This document shows positions 58,312-64,000 of a stretch of DNA of 64,000 nt, piece after piece. The position numbers and the translations under genes are program-made. This DNA comes from an uncultured Candidatus Actinomarina sp. (GTDB lineage: Bacteria; Actinomycetota; Acidimicrobiia; Actinomarinales; Actinomarinaceae), in the NCBI GenBank assembly GCA_902535055.1, contig CACASI010000001.1, positions 53,427-117,426 on the forward strand, read 5' to 3'. A model generated the notes under the pieces. That model was given only the letters and a program-made list of their open reading frames with translations. It did not search any database and was not told the DNA's origin. Each line of letters begins with the position of its first letter. Position 1 is the stretch's first letter.

Positions 58312-59128
58312 CTATGATTCTTTCCAATTCATCTTTAACAATAAGTTCATCACTAGTTTCAATAATTTTTATTCTATCTTCTTGTTTAAACCAAGTGAGT
58401 TGTTTTTTTGCTAAACGATTAGTTTTTAAATTTATGTTTTCTTTTAAGTCGCTACTTAAATTCATTCCTATAGCTTGAAGAACTGTTTTAGATGGATTTT
58501 GAATCTTGTTCATTTCATCAACTAATCCTCTATCTATCATATTGGAGGTCCTATCTTTTATTCTCTTCAAATAATCAGGATGATTCCAAAATACCCCAAC
58601 TATTTTTTCAGGAATATTTATAGGTGGAAAGACATATTTAACATCTTCAAGAATAGAATTTTCAATATTTCTGATCAAACGTCTTTTATTAATTTCAGTT
58701 TCAGGTGGATCAATATCGTAAAGTTTATGAAATTTTAATAATTGATCAACATTTAGTAACTCTAATTCAGACCTTATTGCTGGATCAGTTGGTCTAAATT
58801 CGAAACTATTTATTAATGATCTAAAGTAGAGACCAGTTCCACCAACAACCAAAAAATCTTTAACAAATGATTTCTCAGGAATTTCCATTTCTATTAAATA
58901 ATTAAGATAATCAACAACTGAAAAATTTTGATCAGGATCGGCTATATCAATACCGTAATATAAAACCTGTGACCGCATTACTTCAGTAGGTTTATCAGTC
59001 AAAATATCAAGACCTTTATATACAGCCATTGAGTCAAGTGATATGATATCTAAATTTCTTTCAATAGCTATTTTGTGTGCAAGGGCTGACTTACCTGAAG
59101 CAGTCATACCAGTTAAAAAATATAACAA
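58301..59128 (-). CDS. miaA: tRNA dimethylallyltransferase
   Basis: 275 aa with a P-loop (GMTASGKSALA) and a DSMAVYKGLDI motif. Confidence 0.85.
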   Translation of the reverse strand: MLYFLTGMTASGKSALAHKIAIERNLDIISLDSMAVYKGLDILTDKPTEVMRSQVLYYGIDIADPDQNFSVVDYLNYLIEMEIPEKSFVKDFLVVGGTGLYFRSLINSFEFRPTDPAIRSELELLNVDQLLKFHKLYDIDPPETEINKRRLIRNIENSILEDVKYVFPPINIPEKIVGVFWNHPDYLKRIKDRTSNMIDRGLVDEMNKIQNPSKTVLQAIGMNLSSDLKENINLKTNRLAKKQLTWFKQEDRIKIIETSDELIVKDELERIIDDK

Positions 59129-59130
59129 AT

Positions 59131-60504
59131 TTAAAGAGTAGCTTTCAAAAAAAACGGTGTTGCATCGTACACTTTAACTTCAATTAATTGTCCAATGATA
59201 TTCTGAGTAGATTCTAAATGTACAATATGACCACCCTCAATACGTCCAGTTAAAACATTGGAATCTTTTTTTGAAGGCTTTTCAACTAGCATTTGTTGTG
59301 TTGAGCCTACGAATCTTTTATACCTCTTATGGCTAATTTTAATTTGCTCTTCTTTAAGTCTCATGAATCTTGAATCAATCAAATGTTTCTCAAGAAATTT
59401 ATCTGAGTAATCAGCTGCTACTGTACCTGGTCGTGGTGAAAATTTAAACATATAAATAAGATCAAATTCTGCATAATCCACAACTTTCATTGTTTCATCG
59501 AAATCAGCATCATCTTCGCCAGGAAAACCAACTATAACGTCAGAAGACAATGACACATCAGGAATTATATTTTTAATCATGTCTATTTTGGATAGATATT
59601 TTTTTTGATTATATCCTCTATGCATTGAGGAAAGAATTTTGTCACTACCGCTTTGTAGTGGTATATGTATTTGATTTGCAATTTTAGGAAGTTCCGAAAC
59701 AGCAATCAATGTCTCTTCTTTAAAATCTTTTGGATGTGGTGAGGTAAATCTAATTCGCTCAATACCATCGATTTCATGTATTTTATAAAGTAGCTGTGTA
59801 AAGTATGGGCTTCTTTTGTTATCAATCATTAAATCTCTTCCATATGAATTAACATTTTGCCCTAAAAGAGTAATTTCTTTAACGCCTTCATTTGATAGAT
59901 TTTTGATTTCATTGATAATATCAGAAGGCCTTCTACTAATTTCAACACCTCTAACAGAGGGAACAATGCAAAATGTACAACTATTATTACAACCAATTTG
60001 AATAGTAACGAAAGCACTAAAACCAGATTCACGAACAGGTAATATTTCAGTTTCGATGTCTGATGTTTCTTCGACTATTTTAGTAATTGGACCCCAGTCC
60101 TCAGATTGATTTAATAAATTTATAACATCATTTGTATTATGAGTACCAATAACAACATCTACCCATGGAGCTCTATCACGAACTAACTCCTTATCTTTTT
60201 GAGCTGCACATCCTCCAACAATTAATCTTCTATCTGAAGATTGATCTTTCCATTTTTTTAAATGACCAAGAGTTCCGTATAATTTATCGTCAGCATTTTC
60301 ACGAATGGTACAAGTGTTGACAAATAAAATATCAGCTTGGTCAATATCTTCAGATTTACTCATCCCATCACTATTAAAAATTCCAGCAATTTTTTCAGAA
60401 TCATGCTCATTCATCTGACATCCAAAAGTTTTAATATGATATTTAAAACCTAATCTTGATGGTTTAGATATTAATTTGTTTTCTATATGAATAGATGTTT
60501 TCAC
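59131..60504 (-). CDS. miaB: tRNA-i6A37 methylthiotransferase
   Basis: 457 aa with an N-terminal MTTase domain (FGCQMNEHDSE), a radical SAM CxxxCxxC (CNNSCTFC) and a C-terminal TRAM domain. Confidence 0.9.
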   Translation of the reverse strand: MKTSIHIENKLISKPSRLGFKYHIKTFGCQMNEHDSEKIAGIFNSDGMSKSEDIDQADILFVNTCTIRENADDKLYGTLGHLKKWKDQSSDRRLIVGGCAAQKDKELVRDRAPWVDVVIGTHNTNDVINLLNQSEDWGPITKIVEETSDIETEILPVRESGFSAFVTIQIGCNNSCTFCIVPSVRGVEISRRPSDIINEIKNLSNEGVKEITLLGQNVNSYGRDLMIDNKRSPYFTQLLYKIHEIDGIERIRFTSPHPKDFKEETLIAVSELPKIANQIHIPLQSGSDKILSSMHRGYNQKKYLSKIDMIKNIIPDVSLSSDVIVGFPGEDDADFDETMKVVDYAEFDLIYMFKFSPRPGTVAADYSDKFLEKHLIDSRFMRLKEEQIKISHKRYKRFVGSTQQMLVEKPSKKDSNVLTGRIEGGHIVHLESTQNIIGQLIEVKVYDATPFFLKATL

Positions 60505-60540
60505 ATTACAAATTATAAATTTATATTTAAGAAAACTATG

Positions 60541-61614
60541 TTATTTTTTGTTTTTAGGCTCTTCTGATATTTCTTCTTCTACTTCAGCAGTCTCATCACT
60601 TTCAATTGATTCTTCTTCATCAGATTCAATCATTCCAACTGCTTTGTATACTGCAGTTTCTAACTGTAATGCAAGATCAGGATTTTCTCGTAGAAAACGC
60701 TTGGAATTCTCTTTACCTTGTCCAAGCTGAACTTCGTCGTATGTAAACCAAGCACCAGCTTTTCTAGCTATGCCATGTTCTACAGCAACATCAAGTAAGC
60801 TACCTTCACGAGAAATACCTTGACCAAACATAATATCAAATTCAGCTTCTCTAAAAGGTGGAGCAACTTTATTCTTAACTATTTTTGCTCTTACACGGTT
60901 ACCTATCTGTTCAGGACCAACTTTTAGTGTTTCAATTCTTCGTACGTCGATTCTTACCGAAGAATAAAACTTAAGTGCTCTTCCACCGCTTGTTGTTTCA
61001 GGAGATCCCCACATGACACCAATTTTTTCACGAATCTGATTAATAAATATAACAGTTGTTCCTGATTTATTGATTGATCCTGTTAATTTACGCAATGCTT
61101 GTGACATCAATCTAGCTTGTAAACCTACATGCGTATCGCCCATTTCTCCTTCAATCTCGGCTTTAGGAACAAGGGCTGCAACTGAATCAATTACAACTAG
61201 GTCGACCCCACCAGACTGTATCAACATATCGGCAATTTCTAATGCTTGTTCTCCAGTGTCAGGTTGCGATACTAATAACTCGTCAACATCTACTCCCAAT
61301 GCCCTAGCGTAAACAGGGTCGAGAGCATGCTCAGCATCAATGAATGCTGCAACTCCTCCAGCTTTTTGGGCTTCTGCAGCAACATGTAAAGAAAGTGTTG
61401 TTTTACCGGATGCCTCAGGTCCGTATATTTCTATAACTCTACCTTTTGGGACCCCACCTATCCCTAACGCAAGATCTATAGATAATGCACCTGTAGATAT
61501 TGCAGGTATTTTTTTGATATTATCGGCACCAAGTTTCATTAATGAACCCTCGCCGAATTGTTTCTCGATTTGCTCAAAAACTGTATCTAGTTTTTTTGCC
61601 CTGTCTTTATCCAT
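60541..61614 (-). CDS. recA: recombinase RecA
   Basis: 357 aa, highly conserved ([29 protein letters not shown]). Confidence 0.95.
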   Translation of the reverse strand: MDKDRAKKLDTVFEQIEKQFGEGSLMKLGADNIKKIPAISTGALSIDLALGIGGVPKGRVIEIYGPEASGKTTLSLHVAAEAQKAGGVAAFIDAEHALDPVYARALGVDVDELLVSQPDTGEQALEIADMLIQSGGVDLVVIDSVAALVPKAEIEGEMGDTHVGLQARLMSQALRKLTGSINKSGTTVIFINQIREKIGVMWGSPETTSGGRALKFYSSVRIDVRRIETLKVGPEQIGNRVRAKIVKNKVAPPFREAEFDIMFGQGISREGSLLDVAVEHGIARKAGAWFTYDEVQLGQGKENSKRFLRENPDLALQLETAVYKAVGMIESDEEESIESDETAEVEEEISEEPKNKK

Positions 61615-61674
61615 TTTTTCTCCTTTTTAACAATAATAAATATATATTAAAACATCTTTGTATGACAATTTTAC

Positions 61675-61690
61675 TAGAACAAATGTTCTA
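61675..61690. promoter_or_regulatory. LexA (Cheo-type) SOS box upstream of recA
   Basis: TAGAACAAATGTTCTA is a perfect GAAC-N4-GTTC palindrome about 60 nt upstream of the recA start. It overlaps the cinA stop codon. Confidence 0.7.
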
Positions 61691-62896
61691 ATACAAGTTT
61701 TTAATAAATTTTATCAGCTCCCATTGAGCTTTATTTGCTGATCTTTGCAGTATTTCTTCCCTATTACCGTTCATTTTATGATCTGTTATCACAGTTTTGT
61801 CACCATTAGATATACAAATAAAAATTGTACCGACAGAATACTGGCTTGAAGATAATGGTCCAGCTTCACCCAAAATTGTTAAACAAATATCAGTTTTATA
61901 TTTTTCTAATGAAGAATGGGTTAAATTAACACAAAGTTCTTCCCAATTTTCGAAATCTATATCATTATCGTTTAATAGGATGGATTTAGCTTGATTCCCA
62001 TAAACGATATCCGAACCAATAAAATATTTACTAATACCTGGATTTTTGACAAGCAATGAAGACAAGAGACCACCAGTAATACTCTCAACAAATGAGACTT
62101 TGATATCGTTTTTAGCTATTAACGAACCAAGTGCTTTTTCAACAGATATATTTTCATAGGCAAGAATGTCATCAGAAAATATTTCATCAATTTTATCTAT
62201 AAATATATCAAAATCGCTCTTACTCACTGAATTTCTATCAAACCGTAATTTGATAATTCCTCTACTTGCAAGGTATGCAATATCTAATCCTTCAGGTTTA
62301 AATTTATCTATCTCTGCTGCAAGTGAAGATTCTGCTTGATTAAATAACATAACGAATTGGTAGTCAGTATCATTTTTTTCAAAGTTTTCAGTAAGATAAG
62401 GTAACAGTTCATCTTCAACGAGAGGAATGAACTCTCTTGGTGGGCCTGGAAAAATAAATATTTCTTTTTCGTCTTTAGATATTCTGATACCAGGAGCCGT
62501 ACCTTGTGTATTAATTAATTTTTCACTACCTGTTGGAATGTAAGCTTGTTTGATATTGGTTTCAGGCATAATAAGTCCACGACTCTTCCATCTTTCTTTC
62601 ATCCACTCAACATGGCTATCGTCTAGTTCTAAATCTAAAGATAATGAATTTGATATCACTTCTTTTGTTATATCATCTTCAGTTGGACCTAGTCCCCCAG
62701 ATGTAACAACTACATCGCAACTGTCAAGAAGATATATGATCGCATCATGTATTTCTTTTTCATTATCAGAAATTGTGATTTCTTTATTTAACTTAAAACC
62801 AGCATCATACAATCTTTTACCTAAGTTTGTTAGGTTGGTATTTACTGTATCTCCAAGTAATATTTCTGTTCCGACTGATAGAAAACCAATTTTCAT
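61688..62896 (-). CDS. cinA: CinA-family competence/damage-inducible protein (NMN amidohydrolase)
   Basis: 402 aa with an N-terminal MoCF-type domain (MKIGFLSVGTEILLGDTVNTN) and a C-terminal CinA domain. It lies upstream of recA, as in many Gram-positive bacteria. Confidence 0.8.
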   Translation of the reverse strand: MKIGFLSVGTEILLGDTVNTNLTNLGKRLYDAGFKLNKEITISDNEKEIHDAIIYLLDSCDVVVTSGGLGPTEDDITKEVISNSLSLDLELDDSHVEWMKERWKSRGLIMPETNIKQAYIPTGSEKLINTQGTAPGIRISKDEKEIFIFPGPPREFIPLVEDELLPYLTENFEKNDTDYQFVMLFNQAESSLAAEIDKFKPEGLDIAYLASRGIIKLRFDRNSVSKSDFDIFIDKIDEIFSDDILAYENISVEKALGSLIAKNDIKVSFVESITGGLLSSLLVKNPGISKYFIGSDIVYGNQAKSILLNDNDIDFENWEELCVNLTHSSLEKYKTDICLTILGEAGPLSSSQYSVGTIFICISNGDKTVITDHKMNGNREEILQRSANKAQWELIKFIKNLY

Positions 62897-62919
62897 ATTT
62901 TTAGATTAGCAAGCTTTAA

Positions 62920-63405
62920 TTGCAATATATGTATCATAGTTTTATGAGAAAATCATTGATTTTTCTATTATTGCTAACTTTTTGTTCATCAGGTTTAGAT
63001 TCAACAAGCGAAGAGACAACTCAAAGTGCTACTGTTTCAAATGTAGAAGAGTTAGTTTATGAAGATACAACTGGAACAATGATAAATGTTGATTTAACAA
63101 ATAAAAAAACATTGGTTGTGTTTTGGGCCGATTACTGAGGAATTTGTAGGGAGGAGTTGCCTCTCTTAGAAGCTAACTTAGCTACTGTTAGCCAAAATTA
63201 TAATGTAATTGCTCTTGCTCATAGCGACAAAGATTCAACAATGACTTGGATTTCTGAAAATTTAGTTGGTGAATTAGAAATTGGATTTTCTACACCGGAA
63301 ATGAGAGACAATCTTAAAATTATTGGTCAACCAATTTCAATTATCATTGATACTGATGGATCTATTCTTTCTCGAGAATATGGCTACGTTCCAAACGATC
63401 TATAA
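62920..63405 (+). CDS. TlpA/ResA-like thioredoxin-fold lipoprotein with an in-frame TGA at the first Cys of CxxC, a candidate selenoprotein (UxxC)
   Basis: Two track ORFs (62920..63138 and 63157..63405) are in the same frame and separated only by TGA at 63136-63138. The read-through product LVVFWADY-U-GICREELPLL...GQPISIIIDTDGSILSREYG aligns position for position with the TlpA pattern NFWATWCPPCR.E.P.L...GLP..FLIDRDGKIV.R..G. A hairpin GGGAGG-AGUUG-CCUCUC starts 10 nt after the TGA. The protein has a signal peptide with Cys. Confidence 0.45.
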
Positions 63406-63484
63406 TTTACAAAAATTTAACTTAATTCCGAAGCAGTTGTCATATTAAATTGTATGATGAGAGTGTAATCAAGCGGAGGAAATT

Positions 63485-64000
63485 GTGAAAAAAACAATTT
63501 TAATTCTATTGTGTCTCTCTCTTGTATTTGCTGCTTGCGGTACTGCAGAAGAGGAAACAGTAGAGGAACCTGCAGTTGTTGAAGAAACAGAAAGTTTAGA
63601 TGCACCAGCTACCACTACAGCTCAAGTGCTTGATAAAATTGTTTTCGGTTTCGTCCCAAGTGCAGAACAAGCAGAACTTTTAGACAACATTCAACCTATG
63701 ATGCAAGTTTTATCTGACGGTTTAGGAATTGAAGTTGAAGGTTTTGTTACAAGTGACTATTCGGGATTATTAGTTGCAATGGGATCTGGTCAAGCAGACG
63801 TTGGTGCGTTTGCTACATTGGGTTACGTTACAGCTATGAACGCATTCCCTACAAGATTTGAGGCAATTGCTAAATCTGTAAGATACGGTTCAGGATCATA
63901 CCATGGTACATTCTGGACAACAGATGCAAGCATTTGTGAAACCACACCAGTGATAGGTGCATTTGAAAATATCGGTGGAGTTGCAACTTTAGTTGAAGGT
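63485..64000 (+). CDS. PhnD-like phosphonate/phosphite ABC transporter substrate-binding lipoprotein; the N-terminal part is in the window and it continues past the window end
   Basis: GTG start preceded by GGAGGAAAtt. It has a lipoprotein signal (LVFAACGT) and an acidic linker. KIVFGFVPSAEQAELLDNIQPM...GQADVGAFATLGYV resembles PhnD-family SBPs. Confidence 0.55.
   Translation, partial: MKKTILILLCLSLVFAACGTAEEETVEEPAVVEETESLDAPATTTAQVLDKIVFGFVPSAEQAELLDNIQPMMQVLSDGLGIEVEGFVTSDYSGLLVAMGSGQADVGAFATLGYVTAMNAFPTRFEAIAKSVRYGSGSYHGTFWTTDASICETTPVIGAFENIGGVATLVEG

Noticed and set aside
60505-61688. Absence of recX downstream of recA as an anomaly
   Set aside because: recA is followed directly by miaB here, but recX could be encoded elsewhere or be genuinely absent, as in some streamlined genomes. 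This cannot be assessed from one window.
63417-63605. 62 aa minus-strand ORF between the Sec-TlpA gene and the PhnD-like gene
   Set aside because: It overlaps the well-supported plus-strand lipoprotein start, which has a GGAGG RBS and a lipobox. The peptide has low-complexity, glutamine-rich composition and is probably spurious.

Overview
64 kb of a strongly AT-rich bacterial chromosome, densely coding and mostly on the minus strand. The GC content looks like roughly one third by eye; I did not compute it. Gene content and synteny look actinobacterial. The supporting arrangements are pdxS-pdxT-yebC, queA-tgt-yajC-secD-secF-rel-hisS-aspS-alaS, a pimA/acyltransferase/pgsA/thrS phosphatidylinositol-mannoside-type cluster, an F420-type LLM oxidoreductase, nrdR, a divergent LysM-lexA pair with a Cheo-type SOS box, and dapF-miaA-miaB-recA-cinA. 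My inference is a streamlined low-GC marine actinobacterium of the Actinomarinales kind. This is inference only. Three blocks stand out. Block 1-19.6 kb is a conserved translation, secretion and cofactor block. Block 19.7-53 kb is more variable. It holds tandem DUF3048-like and peptidoglycan-binding lipoproteins and a gcvH-T-PA-PB operon with a split P-protein. It also holds a GH1 glucosidase, glpK, a gamma-glutamyltransferase, a SemiSWEET, a beta-propeller surface protein, an ankyrin lipoprotein and several secreted HExxH proteases. Inside it is a 2.9 kb islet inserted at the 3' end of tRNA-Val. The islet is bounded by a 50 bp direct repeat of the tRNA 3' half and has iteron-like repeats at both ends. 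It carries a metzincin and an orphan 402 aa protein and has no recognisable integrase. Block 53-64 kb is an SOS and DNA-repair block containing SRAP, dut, nrdR, lexA, recA and cinA, plus tRNA-Cys and tRNA-Gly. Most notable findings: (1) a TlpA-like thioredoxin-fold lipoprotein gene with an in-frame TGA exactly at the first Cys of the CxxC motif and a hairpin just downstream, a candidate selenoprotein; (2) an archaeal Hjc-like PD-(D/E)XK resolvase gene where ruvC(AB) normally sits between yebC and queA; (3) a 500 bp ORF-free region packed with five perfect hairpins, next to an HTH gene interrupted by an amber codon; (4) the tRNA-Val islet. No CRISPR array, rRNA or classic IS element was seen.
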